This document shows, one piece after another, positions 9,728 to 20,533 of a DNA stretch of 64,000 bases; the first letter of the stretch is position 1, and each line of letters opens with the position of its first letter. The notes beneath the pieces were generated by a model. That model had not been told where the DNA came from. It made no database searches and saw only the letters and a list, made by a program, of their open reading frames with translations. A program made the position numbers and the translations under genes. The stretch comes from Candidatus Multivoradales bacterium. GTDB lineage: Bacteria > Acidobacteriota > Thermoanaerobaculia > Multivoradales > J023. Location: positions 32,001-96,000 of the forward strand of contig CBDFLE010000004.1 of assembly GCA_965248925.1 (NCBI GenBank), written 5' to 3'.

Positions 9728-10492
9728 TCAGCGCTCGACCCGTTCGAAGCCGCTGGTGCGCTCGCTGCCGTCGGGCATGTGGCGGCTGCGCTGGATGCCA
9801 TAGGGCGGCACATCGGCGATCCAGTGGCGCTCGCGGTAGTCGATGCCGCGGTAGGCGGCCTCGACCACCCAGGTGTCGTACTTGCGTCCATCGCCGCCTT
9901 TGATCGTCTCGCGGCCGGTGACCTTCAGATCGACCCAGCTGGTGGAGAAGGTCTGTTTGGAAAGGCTGGCGGTGAGGATTGGAATGGCGGCGCCCCAGCC
10001 CTTTTCCAGCGGCAGGGAGGCGAGCATCAGATCGAATAGATCTTCCTGAAAGACCGGCGCTTCTAGCTCCTCGTCGAGTAGCCGGGGTGGACGCCCGTCG
10101 AGGGGGATCAGCGAACCGCTCAATTGGCGCCCGCCGACGTGCATTGCCAGGTAGTCCTTGCCCAGGGCGAAGTAGGGGGAGAAGCGAAAGTTGACCGCCA
10201 GCGTCTTGGCGTCGACCACCATGTGGTCGACCATTGGGCCAGCCGGAGTGTTGACCGTCTGGACGACGTGCAGCAGCGCCTGCCCCTCGACTTTGCCGAA
10301 TGAGACATCGCGGCGGCCCCACGAGGTGTGGCTGGTGAAGGCCTTGAGTGGGCTGGTGTTGAGCAGCTTGTCACCCGGCAAGAGCTGCCGAGTTGTTGCT
10401 TCGGCGTGCGCCGTCGAGCTGAGACTCGCGGCCAGGCAGAAGGTAAGGAAGATCAGGCTCAGAGGACGGTAGGGCAGAGTTGGTCTGTTCAA
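9728..10492 (-). CDS. Secreted hypothetical protein (DUF3108-like)
   Basis: Signal peptide ending AHA; LASLPL...VTGRETI...DTWVV pattern; TTG start after GGAG (start uncertain). Confidence 0.6.
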   Translation of the reverse strand: MNRPTLPYRPLSLIFLTFCLAASLSSTAHAEATTRQLLPGDKLLNTSPLKAFTSHTSWGRRDVSFGKVEGQALLHVVQTVNTPAGPMVDHMVVDAKTLAVNFRFSPYFALGKDYLAMHVGGRQLSGSLIPLDGRPPRLLDEELEAPVFQEDLFDLMLASLPLEKGWGAAIPILTASLSKQTFSTSWVDLKVTGRETIKGGDGRKYDTWVVEAAYRGIDYRERHWIADVPPYGIQRSRHMPDGSERTSGFERVER

Positions 10493-10597
10493 CTTGGATC
10501 TCCAGTAGGTCGAGCGCCCCATCGCCGACTGATGGCCAGGCGCGGTGCAAGGTTCAGCGACAGATTGGCGGTGATCTAGCGCCACGCCAACAGCTGA

Positions 10598-10649
10598 GTC
10601 ACCAGCCGGCTCGGTCGTGTCATCAGCCTTGGGGTGGATGCAACAGAGC
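10598..10649 (-). promoter_or_regulatory. Putative LytTR-binding direct repeats
   Basis: GTCACCAGCC (10598) and GTCATCAGCC (10619) 21 bp apart, weaker third copy at 10640, between lytS and the divergent secreted gene. Confidence 0.5.
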
Positions 10650-10821
10650 GCGGCAGTGCCCGGCGAAGCGGCAATCCGGCTGCCGGCCGAAGGCGACGGC
10701 CGGCTGATGGTCGCGTTGGGCCGGGCGACGCCTCGGCCGGGCCGGCCGGTGACCCCGGACGGCTCCCCTGCGCTGTCTTCGTTAGGATGTCGGAGCCTGA
10801 TCTGGAGCCAGCAGGATAGAG

Positions 10822-12060
10822 ATGAGCGAGCGAACAGAAGCCTTGGCACGACCCCTGGCGGCGTCGCGCCTGCGACCGCGGATCCCCGATGGGACGACCG
10901 CCGGCCGCGGAGTGCTGCGTTGGCTGGGGTTGTTCGCGCTGTGGTCCTTGCCGGCGGTATTCTCGGGCAGCGATGCCTATCTGTGGCTCAGTGGCCAGGG
11001 TCGGCAGGTCTCTTGGAGCAAGTTGGTCGGCCTCCACCTACCGCAGTGGATCCCTTGGGCGTTGGCAACGCCGCTGATCCACCGCCTGGCCTGCCGGTTT
11101 CCCTACCACCGCCAGCGTCGGCTGCGCTTTGCTGCCGTGCATACGCTGGCCGCCGGCAGCTTGTCGGGGGTGATGCTGATCTACGCCGCCGCGGTCGAGG
11201 CCTGGTTGCAGTCCGGCTGGAGCGGCCTGTCATGGGGCGCGCTGAGGCTTTGGTTGGGGCGCTTGCTGCCCGGTCGGCTGGGCCTCTACTTGCTGCTCTA
11301 CGGCGCGATTCTCGGCGTCGCTATCGCCATCGAGTCCTATCGCGCCTTGCGCGAGCGTGAGCTGCGTGCTTCGCGCCTCGAGACCCTGCTGGCAGAAGCC
11401 CGGCTCGAGGCCTTGCGGTCGCAGCTGCAGCCGCACTTTCTATTCAATACTCTGCACAGTATCGCGACCTTGGTGGAGGACAACCCGGCGGCGGCGAGAA
11501 CCATGATCGCCCAGCTCGGTGATCTTCTGCGCGCCAGCCTCGGTCAGCTCGCTCACCAAGAGGTGACCCTGGGCGAAGAGTTCGAGATGCTCGACTGCTA
11601 CCTCGATATCGAGCAGACCCGCTTTGGAGATCGACTGCGGATCGAGCGCCAAATCAATGCTGACCTGCTCGCCGCTCAGGTGCCCTACCTGGTGTTGCAG
11701 CCGCTGGTCGAGAACGCTATCCGCCACGGTATCGCGGTGTCTTCACTGGCCGGGCGGTTGGCGATTGGCGCCGCGGCGGCCGGCGAGCGGCTGCTGCTGA
11801 CGGTGAGCGATGACGGTCCAGGTTGCCCCCAGGGAGGGGCGGTGGAGGAGGGCATTGGCCTGAGCAACACCCGAGAGCGGCTGCAGCAGCTCTATCCTGG
11901 GAACTACCGTGTCGAGGCCGCCAACTTGCCCCGCTGCGGTTTCCAAGTGGTGCTCGATCTGCCGCTGCGGTTTGCGGTCGGCGAGGTCCCCGAGGTCGCC
12001 ACGGTGAGCTCAGCGTTGGATCGACCGTCGACAGGCAGCTCGCCGAGGTCGGGGGAGTGA
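10822..12060 (+). CDS. LytS/YehU-family sensor histidine kinase
   Basis: N-terminal TMs, LRSQLQPHFLFNTL H-box, LQPLVENAIRHG, DDGPG, GIGLSN. Confidence 0.92.
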   Translation: MSERTEALARPLAASRLRPRIPDGTTAGRGVLRWLGLFALWSLPAVFSGSDAYLWLSGQGRQVSWSKLVGLHLPQWIPWALATPLIHRLACRFPYHRQRRLRFAAVHTLAAGSLSGVMLIYAAAVEAWLQSGWSGLSWGALRLWLGRLLPGRLGLYLLLYGAILGVAIAIESYRALRERELRASRLETLLAEARLEALRSQLQPHFLFNTLHSIATLVEDNPAAARTMIAQLGDLLRASLGQLAHQEVTLGEEFEMLDCYLDIEQTRFGDRLRIERQINADLLAAQVPYLVLQPLVENAIRHGIAVSSLAGRLAIGAAAAGERLLLTVSDDGPGCPQGGAVEEGIGLSNTRERLQQLYPGNYRVEAANLPRCGFQVVLDLPLRFAVGEVPEVATVSSALDRPSTGSSPRSGE

Positions 12061-12064
12061 GGCA

Positions 12065-12865
12065 TTGAGGCCGATCCGAGTCTTGATCGTCGATGACGAG
12101 CCGCTCGCCAGGCAGCGCCTGCGGCGCTTGTTGGAACAGCAGCCCGATTGCCACCTCGCTGGTGAGTGCGCCACCGGCAGTGAAGCGGTTGGCCAGATCT
12201 TCCGGCAGGCTCCGGAGCTGGTCTTCCTCGACGTGCAAATGCCCGATCTCGATGGCTTTGCGGTGATCCGGGCGATCGGATCGGAAGCCATGCCGGAGGT
12301 GGTCTTCGTCACCGCTTTTGATCGCTATGCCCTCGACGCCTTCGAGGTCTGTGCGGTGGACTATCTGCTCAAGCCCTTCTCCGACGAGCGCTTCGAGCGC
12401 GCCCTCGGTCTGGCTCGTGAGCGCTTGCGGCGCAGCTCCATCGACCAGCTGGGTGGGCGGCTGCTGGCTCTGCTCGAGCATCAGTCGGGTGAGTCGCTAG
12501 CTGCCCAGGCCGCGCCGCCAGTCGGCCGGCCAGCTCGCCGCCTGGCGGTGCAGACCGGTAAGAAGGTACGTTTGGTGGAGGTCGAGGAGATCGACTGGAT
12601 CGAGGCGGACGGTCCCTACGTCAAGCTCCACGTCGGCCTTACCTCACATCTGACTCGCGGATCACTGAAGAGCCTCGAGCAGCGCCTCGATCCTCAGAGC
12701 TTCGTCCGTATCCACCGCTCATCGATGGTCAACGTGAGTCGAATTCGTGAGCTGCAGCCGTTGTTTCACGGCGAGCTTCTGCTGATCTTGGCCGGTGGCA
12801 AGCGCCTCAAGGTGAGTCGAACTTACCGCGAGCGGTTGCGCGGGGTGATTCCTCTGCCGATTTGA
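12065..12865 (+). CDS. LytR/AlgR-family response regulator
   Basis: Receiver domain (VDDE, FLDVQMP, TAFD, LLKP) plus LytTR domain (FVRIHRS, VSR). Confidence 0.93.
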   Translation: MRPIRVLIVDDEPLARQRLRRLLEQQPDCHLAGECATGSEAVGQIFRQAPELVFLDVQMPDLDGFAVIRAIGSEAMPEVVFVTAFDRYALDAFEVCAVDYLLKPFSDERFERALGLARERLRRSSIDQLGGRLLALLEHQSGESLAAQAAPPVGRPARRLAVQTGKKVRLVEVEEIDWIEADGPYVKLHVGLTSHLTRGSLKSLEQRLDPQSFVRIHRSSMVNVSRIRELQPLFHGELLLILAGGKRLKVSRTYRERLRGVIPLPI

Positions 12866-13091
12866 TCTTCGCTGCGCCGTATCGCGGCTTGCTCAGGCGC
12901 TAGCCAGCGGCGTTACCGCCTGGGCGAGAAGCCGATTTGCCAGTTAGCTCGGGGGATGCGCTCGATGACAGCCGGCAGCCGGTCTGGTAGCATAACCAGG
13001 TCAGTAGGTGACGATCGGCGGCCAAGATTCAGGGCACGAATCTCGCGCCCTGAGCTAGAAAAGCAGATTTCTATTAGAAGGTTCCAGATCG

Positions 13092-14972
13092 ATGACCAGC
13101 CGTGCATCTATCGACCGTCCAGTCGCTACCGGTAGCGCCCCCAGCACCCAGCCGGAGAAGCGCGCCGATGTGGTGATCCGCTTTGCCGGCGACAGCGGTG
13201 ACGGGATGCAGCTCACTGGCACCCAGTTCACCAACACTTCGGCGATCTTCGGCAACGATCTGTCGACACTGCCTGATTTTCCGGCGGAAATTCGCGCTCC
13301 TGTCGGCACCCTGGCTGGGGTTTCAGCGTTTCAGGTGCGCATAGCCGACTACGAGATCCACACTCCGGGCGACACCCCCGACGTGTTGGTGGCGATGAAC
13401 CCGGCGGCGCTGAAGGCACATATCGCCGATTTGGTGCCGCATGGCGCGGTCATCGTCAACAGCAACGAGTTCAACTCGCGCAACATGAAGAAAGCCCATC
13501 TCGAGACTAACCCGCTCGACGACGGCAGTTTGGATGGCTTCCGGGTGATCAAGGTCGAACTCACCAAGCTCACGCGCCGCGCTCTTGAGGATTCGGGGCT
13601 GACCACCAAGAACGTCGATCGGTGCAAGAATTTCTTTGCCCTCGGCATGGTCTACTGGTTGTTCAGTCGCGAGATGGACAACACCATCGAGTGGTTGCAC
13701 AAGAAATTCGCCAAGAAGCCGGAGATCGCCGACGCCAACGTGCGGGCGCTTAAAGCGGGGTGGAACTACAGCGACATTACCGGGGTTTTTCAAACCCGTT
13801 ACATCGTCGATCCGGCAAAGCTAGAGAGCGGGGTTTACCGCAACATCAACGGCAACTCGGCGTTGGCCATTGGCTTGGTCGCCGCCAGCCGCCGCAGTGG
13901 CTTGCCCCTATTCCTCGGCTCCTATCCGATCACCCCGGCCTCGACCGTGCTGCACGAGCTGGCCCGCTACAAGCATTTTGGGGTGACCACCTTCCAGGCT
14001 GAGGACGAGATCTCCGCGGTGTGCGCGTCGATCGGTGCGGCGTTTGGCGGCGCGCTGGCGGTGACTTCGACCAGCGGGCCGGGCCTGGCGTTGAAGTCCG
14101 AAGGGATGAATCTGGCGGTGATGACCGAATTGCCGCTGATCGTTTGCAATGTGCAACGCGCCGGGCCCTCGACCGGCATGCCGACCAAGACCGAGCAGAC
14201 CGACTTGCTGCAATCGATCTATGGCCGCAACGGTGAGTCGCCGGTGCCGGTCATCGCTCCGTCCTCACCGGCCGACTGCTTTGACGCCGCCCTTGAGGCG
14301 GCGCGCATGGCGGTGCAGCACATGGTGCCGGTGATCCTGCTGTCGGACGGCTACCTGGCCAACGGCTCGGAGCCTTGGCGGCTGCCGGCGGTCGAGGATC
14401 TGCCCGATCTGCGGGTAGAGCACCATCGCGACCCGCAGGAGTTCGAGCCCTACCGGCGCGACCCCCGGACACTGGCCCGCCCGTGGGCGATCCCCGGCAC
14501 GCCGGGGTTGGAGCACCGCATCGGAGGATTGGAAAAACAGGAGGTCACCGGCGATGTCTCCTACGATCCTGAGAACCACCAACGGATGACCGAGCTGCGG
14601 GCCGAGAAGGTCGAACGCATCGCTGAGGACATCGGTCCTCTCGAGGTCAACGGTCCGGCCAGCGGCAAGCTGCTGGTGCTGGGTTGGGGGAGTACGCTGG
14701 GAGCGATCACCGGTGCGGTCTTGCAAGCCCGCGGGGAGGGTTTGGCGGTCAGCCGGGCTCATTTGCGGCACCTGGTACCGTTGCCGAAGAATCTCGGCGA
14801 GGTGCTGGCAAGCTTCGAGCGAGTGCTTTTGCCGGAACTCAACAGTGGCCAGATGGCCTTGCTGCTACGCGGTCGCTACTTGAAGGACATCATCACCCTG
14901 TCGAAAGTGCAGGGTAAACCCTTTACCCGTGGTGAGATCCACGGCAAGCTCGTCGAGCTGCTGGAGGCTTGA
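13092..14972 (+). CDS. korA: 2-oxoacid:ferredoxin oxidoreductase alpha subunit
   Basis: [37 protein letters not shown]. Confidence 0.92.
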   Translation: MTSRASIDRPVATGSAPSTQPEKRADVVIRFAGDSGDGMQLTGTQFTNTSAIFGNDLSTLPDFPAEIRAPVGTLAGVSAFQVRIADYEIHTPGDTPDVLVAMNPAALKAHIADLVPHGAVIVNSNEFNSRNMKKAHLETNPLDDGSLDGFRVIKVELTKLTRRALEDSGLTTKNVDRCKNFFALGMVYWLFSREMDNTIEWLHKKFAKKPEIADANVRALKAGWNYSDITGVFQTRYIVDPAKLESGVYRNINGNSALAIGLVAASRRSGLPLFLGSYPITPASTVLHELARYKHFGVTTFQAEDEISAVCASIGAAFGGALAVTSTSGPGLALKSEGMNLAVMTELPLIVCNVQRAGPSTGMPTKTEQTDLLQSIYGRNGESPVPVIAPSSPADCFDAALEAARMAVQHMVPVILLSDGYLANGSEPWRLPAVEDLPDLRVEHHRDPQEFEPYRRDPRTLARPWAIPGTPGLEHRIGGLEKQEVTGDVSYDPENHQRMTELRAEKVERIAEDIGPLEVNGPASGKLLVLGWGSTLGAITGAVLQARGEGLAVSRAHLRHLVPLPKNLGEVLASFERVLLPELNSGQMALLLRGRYLKDIITLSKVQGKPFTRGEIHGKLVELLEA

Positions 14973-14975
14973 GCG

Positions 14976-15989
14976 ATGGCTAGCACAGAGATGGCGCTGA
15001 CCGCCAAAGATCTAAAGTCAGATCAAGAAGTGCGTTGGTGTCCGGGCTGCGGTGACTACGCCATCCTGAAGGCGATGCAGAGTGTGCTCGCCGGCCTCGG
15101 CGTGCCGCGGGAGAAGCTGGTGATCATTTCCGGCATTGGCTGTTCGAGCCGCTTCCCCTACTACATGGAGACTTACGGCTTCCACACCATCCACGGCCGC
15201 GCGCCTGCCTTTGCCACCGGCTTGAAGGTGGCGCGCCCAGACCTCGACGTGTGGGTGGTTACCGGCGATGGCGACAGCCTGTCGATCGGCGGCAACCACC
15301 TGATTCATGCTTTGCGGCGCAACGTAGGCATCAAAATTCTGCTGTTCAATAACCGCATCTACGGCCTGACCAAAGGGCAGTATTCGCCGACCAGCGAGGT
15401 CGGTAAACGCACCTCGTCGACACCGTTAGGCTCGATCGACCCGCCGTTCAATCCGCTCGCCCTGGCGCTCGGCGCCGGTGCCAGCTTCGTTGCTCGCTCG
15501 GTGGATATCTTCGTGCCCCATCTGAAGTTGGTGCTCGAGCGAGCCGCTGCCCATCAAGGGACAGCCTTTGTCGAGATCTACCAGAATTGCAACATCTTCA
15601 ATGATGGCGCGTTCTCCTACATGACGGCCAAGGAGGCCCGTGCCGACGAGGTAGTGCAGGTCGAACATGGCAAGCCGCTGATCTTTGGTAAAGATGGCGA
15701 CCAGGGACTGAAGCTCTCCGGCATGGGTCTGGAGAAGGTACAGCTGGGCGATGGCATCAGTGCTGAGGACTGCCAGGTCTGGGACGAAACCCAGCCCAAC
15801 CCGGCGCTGGCCACTATCTTGGCGCAAGCGCAGCCGCCGCTGCTGCCGACGCCGATCGGTGTTCTGCGGGCGGTCGAGCAGCCGGTGTTCGAGACTGGTG
15901 TCATCGACCAGATCGAGCAAGCCAAGGCTCAGTCTGATGCCACCACCTTGAAGGACTTACTGCATGGCGGCGATACCTGGACCGTTTGA
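14976..15989 (+). CDS. korB: 2-oxoacid:ferredoxin oxidoreductase beta subunit
   Basis: WCPGCGD, SGIGCSS, HGRA, TPP motif GDGD...NNRIYGLTKGQ. Confidence 0.92.
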   Translation: MASTEMALTAKDLKSDQEVRWCPGCGDYAILKAMQSVLAGLGVPREKLVIISGIGCSSRFPYYMETYGFHTIHGRAPAFATGLKVARPDLDVWVVTGDGDSLSIGGNHLIHALRRNVGIKILLFNNRIYGLTKGQYSPTSEVGKRTSSTPLGSIDPPFNPLALALGAGASFVARSVDIFVPHLKLVLERAAAHQGTAFVEIYQNCNIFNDGAFSYMTAKEARADEVVQVEHGKPLIFGKDGDQGLKLSGMGLEKVQLGDGISAEDCQVWDETQPNPALATILAQAQPPLLPTPIGVLRAVEQPVFETGVIDQIEQAKAQSDATTLKDLLHGGDTWTV

Positions 15990-16122
15990 CCGCGTTCTGG
16001 CACCATCGACCGGCGGTTCGTGGAGGAGTTGGTAGTGGTCAACTGTCAAATGCGGTCGAGTACGATTGCCCCTTTTATGTTGGTTGAGGGACGATTATGG
16101 GAAGGATTTGGCGAGGTTTACC

Positions 16123-16875
16123 ATGACCGACGAAGAACAGACTGCTGATTCGCCAGCACTCCAAGGCTCGCAGCCCAACGAAGAGACTTCGGTGTGGCGC
16201 CGGCGTCGTCGGACGCTGTGGCGGGAGTGGTTCAAGCCGCTGCTGATCATCGGTACGGTGATGTTCTCCTTTCGCTCCTCCGTAGCTGACTGGAACGACG
16301 TGCCGACCGGCTCGATGAAACCGACCATCTTGGAAGGCGACCGGATCTTCATCAACAAGGTGGCCTACGATCTCAAATTCCCCTTCACCACCTTCCGCCT
16401 AGCCGAGTGGGACAACCCGGTGTGGGGCGACATTGTCGTGCTGCGTTCGCCGGAGGACAGCAAGCGTCTGGTCAAACGGGTCGTGGGGCTGCCAGGCGAC
16501 ACGGTTGAGTTGCGCTATGGCCACTTGCGGGTCAACGGTCAGCCGGCTTTTTACGGCGATCTCGACGCCGAAATCGTCGATCAGCTCGACTTGGACTTCC
16601 CTGAGAGGTTTAGGTTTCAAAGCGAGACCTTGAACGATCGCGAGCATGCGGTGATGTATTCCAGCGGCGCGCGGCTTTCTTTTGGCCCCAAGCTAATTGG
16701 CGCTGATCACTACTTTGTGATGGGTGACCACCGTAACAACAGCCACGACTCGCGCTATTTTGGTGCTGTTCACCGCGATCTAATCCTCGGCCGCGCCACC
16801 GCCGTGGCTCTGTCGTTTGACCGCGACGCCTACTTCTTGCCGCGCTGGAAGCGCTTCTTCACCAACTTGCCTTGA
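16123..16875 (+). CDS. lepB: Signal peptidase I
   Basis: PTGSMKPT (catalytic Ser), VKRVVGLPGD (catalytic Lys), GDHRNNSHDSRYFG. Confidence 0.93.
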   Translation: MTDEEQTADSPALQGSQPNEETSVWRRRRRTLWREWFKPLLIIGTVMFSFRSSVADWNDVPTGSMKPTILEGDRIFINKVAYDLKFPFTTFRLAEWDNPVWGDIVVLRSPEDSKRLVKRVVGLPGDTVELRYGHLRVNGQPAFYGDLDAEIVDQLDLDFPERFRFQSETLNDREHAVMYSSGARLSFGPKLIGADHYFVMGDHRNNSHDSRYFGAVHRDLILGRATAVALSFDRDAYFLPRWKRFFTNLP

Positions 16876-16925
16876 GGCGGCGCGGTGGCTGGTCCGCGGC
16901 GTTGTCGGCAGCTGTCGAGCCCTGG

Positions 16926-18485
16926 CTAACGCTCCAAGTCGTGCATCATCGGATCGCGCAGCACGCGATAGTAGTGGTGGCTGCCGTAGAATGCGAAGTT
17001 GCTGACCCGCGAGGTGTAGAGGCAGGCAAAATCGTCGACTTGGGAACCGAAGAAGCTCTTGTTGCTGCCCTGCTTGAAAACCGAGCCCCAATAAGGGTTG
17101 AGAGCTTTGGAGATCCTCTCCTGCAGGCGTTTGACGTGCTTGCGTAGAGCCTTGTGTTCAGCCGCTAGGCCGCCCAGATAGGTCTCGGTCTGGGCGGCGA
17201 CTTGGCTGGCCTCAGGCTGGTCGTTGGCGTGCAGGCGATAGAGGCTAAGCACGTCCCGCAGGTCGTCGACCTGGTGGCCGAGTTCGGTGCTCTCAGCGCG
17301 CAAGACATCCAGGTGGCGCAGTTGCGAGACCAGTCCCTGCTGAATGGCGAGTTCATCCTCGAGCTCTCGCACCACCATCGCGGTACGCCAGGTGGAGGTC
17401 AGTTTCGATGACAAGATATCGCCGTAGATATGATCGCCAACGTAGAGAACCTCTTCTCCTGGGCAGTCGAGCAGGTCCATCAGCGCAGCTCGCGAGCCGC
17501 CGATGTAGCTCTTTCCCCACTCCGGGCGCTCAACCTCGGCCCCTGCCTGGCCATCGGCGCCGACTTCGCGGAAGGGCAGGGGCTTCTTGAAGAAGGTTGG
17601 CTTGCCGGCGAGAAAGACCACCAGGTCGAAGATCTGCCGCCAATTCTCGACTCCTGGCACCGCGCCTTCGAAAAGGTGTTTGCAAAGGGCGTCGGTGTAG
17701 TAAGGCTCGCTGTTGGTGATCAGGATCAAGCGCCGGCCACCCATTGACAGGCGCTCCAGAGCCAAGCTGAGCTGTGGATCGAGGGGCAGATAGCGGGGCA
17801 GGTCGGCCAGGATGTGACTCTTCAGCGAGCCGTCGGCGTGGATGCCGTCGATCGCTTTGCGACCATCTTCGAAGATTCTGCGATAGCTAGGTAGTGCATC
17901 GCCGAGGGTCTTCTTCAGCTCAACCAGCTCCGAGAATACGTTGACTTCAGGCAGCTCGAAGAGGGTGTCGACAAAGTAGAAGCGCTCGCTGGCCGGATTG
18001 ACCGGCTCGCGGCGGTAGAGTTCGGCTCGTTCTTCAGGGGGCAAGAAAGTGCGGCCATGAAAAGCGCGGCCGACGTAGCGGTGGCGGCTCATCTTGACCA
18101 CCGTGCCGGCGCGGGTGTCGATCAACTGACCCCGGCGGAGGAACTCGGCACGAAATTCCGCTTGCAGAATCTGCCGCGGATAGTCGAAATGCTCGACCAA
18201 GCAGGTCAGGGTGAGCTCGAAAGCCAGCTTGGCCATGGAGTCCTGATCGTAGTCGGCCAAGGTCCAATCGAGGTCAAAGCCGACGTAGCGGATCTTATCC
18301 ATGCGCAGCGTTCGGTTGACGAATACCCGGCGGCTGGAGGGCGGTCGCTGGTCAGCCAGTGCGTGGTGCAGCAGGCGGCTACCGGCGGAGGGTTCGAGAG
18401 CATCTAAAGCTGTAGCGTCGATCAAGTCATAGCTCCTGCTAAATCCTACGGATCGTCGGCCCCAAGGGTCCGAATTCTCTGGCAC
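16926..18485 (-). CDS. HAD-IG family 5'-nucleotidase (cN-II-like)
   Basis: VFVNRTL, GFDLDWTLA, LITNS, KPTFF, YVGDHIYGD, ACLYTSRVSNF; true start may lie further downstream. Confidence 0.88.
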   Translation of the reverse strand: MPENSDPWGRRSVGFSRSYDLIDATALDALEPSAGSRLLHHALADQRPPSSRRVFVNRTLRMDKIRYVGFDLDWTLADYDQDSMAKLAFELTLTCLVEHFDYPRQILQAEFRAEFLRRGQLIDTRAGTVVKMSRHRYVGRAFHGRTFLPPEERAELYRREPVNPASERFYFVDTLFELPEVNVFSELVELKKTLGDALPSYRRIFEDGRKAIDGIHADGSLKSHILADLPRYLPLDPQLSLALERLSMGGRRLILITNSEPYYTDALCKHLFEGAVPGVENWRQIFDLVVFLAGKPTFFKKPLPFREVGADGQAGAEVERPEWGKSYIGGSRAALMDLLDCPGEEVLYVGDHIYGDILSSKLTSTWRTAMVVRELEDELAIQQGLVSQLRHLDVLRAESTELGHQVDDLRDVLSLYRLHANDQPEASQVAAQTETYLGGLAAEHKALRKHVKRLQERISKALNPYWGSVFKQGSNKSFFGSQVDDFACLYTSRVSNFAFYGSHHYYRVLRDPMMHDLER

Positions 18486-18806
18486 TGGCGAGTGTTCCTG
18501 GCGTGACTTCGCTGCTGTCTAGGAGATCAGCAGTTGGATTGGCGGCCAGCGAAAAAGGAATCGCCTGGGTACATGCTATTCGATGGCCGCCAACCGAGTG
18601 TCTTTTCCGGGCTCGATGGCCGGATCGCCGTGATAGCCTGGACGGGTTCAAGCGGGGGCTGCTGCCCTCCACCAAACACCTCATCCAAGCACGAACATCG
18701 GGAAATCAGGCCGCGTTCCTCGGGCTAGCGGGGGATGAGGTGGGCTCGAAGGAACACTCGGGTCAGAGGGCCGACCTCTGACCACGGTTGGAGGGAGTGC
18801 CGGCAA

Positions 18807-20501
18807 ATGACGCGAAGAGTCTCAATTTTGTGTTCCTTGGCTACACTTTACTTGATTTGGGCAGCCTTGGTGCCTGACGCCGTCGAAGCTGCTCCGACAG
18901 CTACTCGCCAGGTGGTGCGGATCGCCCTCGAGCAGGATCCGGCGCGCCTGCAAGCTCTGGTGGCGGCGGTCGATGTCTGGGGTTATCAGCTCAGCGAGGG
19001 GGTGGTGATCGCCGCGGTCTCGCCGAATCAACTCGCTGAGTTAGTTGCCGCCGGATGGCAGGTGAGCATCGACGAGCAGCGCAGCGCTGAGTTGGCGACC
19101 CCACGCCGCCGCTTGCCGGGCCAGACTCGAGGCGTTCCTGGTTTTCCCTGCTACCGCACGGTGGAGGAGACCTACGCCGATCTCTCGACCCTGGCGCAAC
19201 AGCATCCGACCCTCGCTTCCTGGATCGATATCGGTGACAGTTGGGAGAAGTCCAGCGGTTTCGCTGCTGGCTACGACATGCAAGCCTTGGTGCTGCGCAA
19301 CGACGCGGTTCCCGGTCCCAAGGCGCCTTTTCTGTTGCTGGCGGCGATCCATGCCCGCGAGTACACCACCGCTGAACTCGCCACTCGTTTTGCCGAGTTG
19401 CTGCTCGCCGGCTACGGCGTCGACCCGGACTTGACTTGGCTTATTGATCACCGTGAGATCCACATCGTGCCGCAGCAGAATCCGGACGGTCGCAAGCGGG
19501 CCGAGGAGGGGTTGTCCTGGCGCAAGAACACTGACAACGACCACTGTTCGGGAAGCAATTTCCGCGGCATCGATTTAAATCGCAACAGCGCTTTCCTATG
19601 GGGCAATAGCGGCTCCTCGGGCAGTGCTTGCAGCGACATATACCGCGGTCCGGCAGCCAGCTCGGAGCCTGAAACGCAGGCCATCGAGGCTTATATGGCG
19701 ACGGTTTTCGCTGATCAGCGGGGCGAGATGCTCACCGACGCGGCGCCGATCGACACCACCGGCTTGTTTATCTCCCTGCACAGTTTCAGCGAGCTGGTGC
19801 TCTATCCTTGGGAAGGGGTTGGCAGTTTGGCGCCCAACAGCACCGCCCTGGCGACTCTGGGACGCAAGTTCGGCTTTTTCAACGACTACAGCGTCTGCCA
19901 GACTTGCTTGCCGACCGCGGCGGGAACCACCGTCGACCAGGCTTACGGCACCTACGGCGTGGCGGCGTATACTTTTGAGCTTGGCACCAATTTTTTCCAG
20001 AGTTGCAGTGCCTTCGAGGACGATATCTTGGCGGCTAACTTGGATGCTTTGGTCTACGCCGCCAAGGCAGCGCGGCGCCCCTATCAAGAGCCTGCCGGGC
20101 CAGAGGTGATGGCGGTGGCCCTGGGCGACGGAACCGCGCCCCTACTCACCGCTACCGCTGACGACAGGCGCTTCGATAGCAACGGTTTTGGCGGCGAGCC
20201 GGTGCAGGTCGTGGTGGCGGCCTACTACTCCATCGATACGCCCCCCTGGCAAGTTGCATCTGGCACTGCCATGAGTGCGGCGGATGGCACCTTCGACGGA
20301 TTCACCGAGGCTGTCGAGGCCACCCTCGACCTCAGTGGGCTGGCCAACGGAAGGCATTTGGTGTGGGTGTGGGCGGAAGACGCCGCCGGCAACCTCGGTG
20401 TACCGAGCACAGTTTTTCTGCAGATTCTTGAGTCCCCTCTGTTCGCCGATGGGTTTGAGAGCGGCGATACCGGTGGCTGGGACTTCACCGATTCCCCTTG
20501 A
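18807..20501 (+). CDS. Secreted M14 zinc carboxypeptidase
   Basis: Signal peptide, IHARE, NPDG, RKN, GIDLNRN, SEPET, SLHSFS, YTFELG; C-terminal FADGFESGD tail. Confidence 0.9.
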   Translation: MTRRVSILCSLATLYLIWAALVPDAVEAAPTATRQVVRIALEQDPARLQALVAAVDVWGYQLSEGVVIAAVSPNQLAELVAAGWQVSIDEQRSAELATPRRRLPGQTRGVPGFPCYRTVEETYADLSTLAQQHPTLASWIDIGDSWEKSSGFAAGYDMQALVLRNDAVPGPKAPFLLLAAIHAREYTTAELATRFAELLLAGYGVDPDLTWLIDHREIHIVPQQNPDGRKRAEEGLSWRKNTDNDHCSGSNFRGIDLNRNSAFLWGNSGSSGSACSDIYRGPAASSEPETQAIEAYMATVFADQRGEMLTDAAPIDTTGLFISLHSFSELVLYPWEGVGSLAPNSTALATLGRKFGFFNDYSVCQTCLPTAAGTTVDQAYGTYGVAAYTFELGTNFFQSCSAFEDDILAANLDALVYAAKAARRPYQEPAGPEVMAVALGDGTAPLLTATADDRRFDSNGFGGEPVQVVVAAYYSIDTPPWQVASGTAMSAADGTFDGFTEAVEATLDLSGLANGRHLVWVWAEDAAGNLGVPSTVFLQILESPLFADGFESGDTGGWDFTDSP

Positions 20502-20533
20502 GCTGAAGCGGCGCACGGCTGGTCCCCTCAGTC

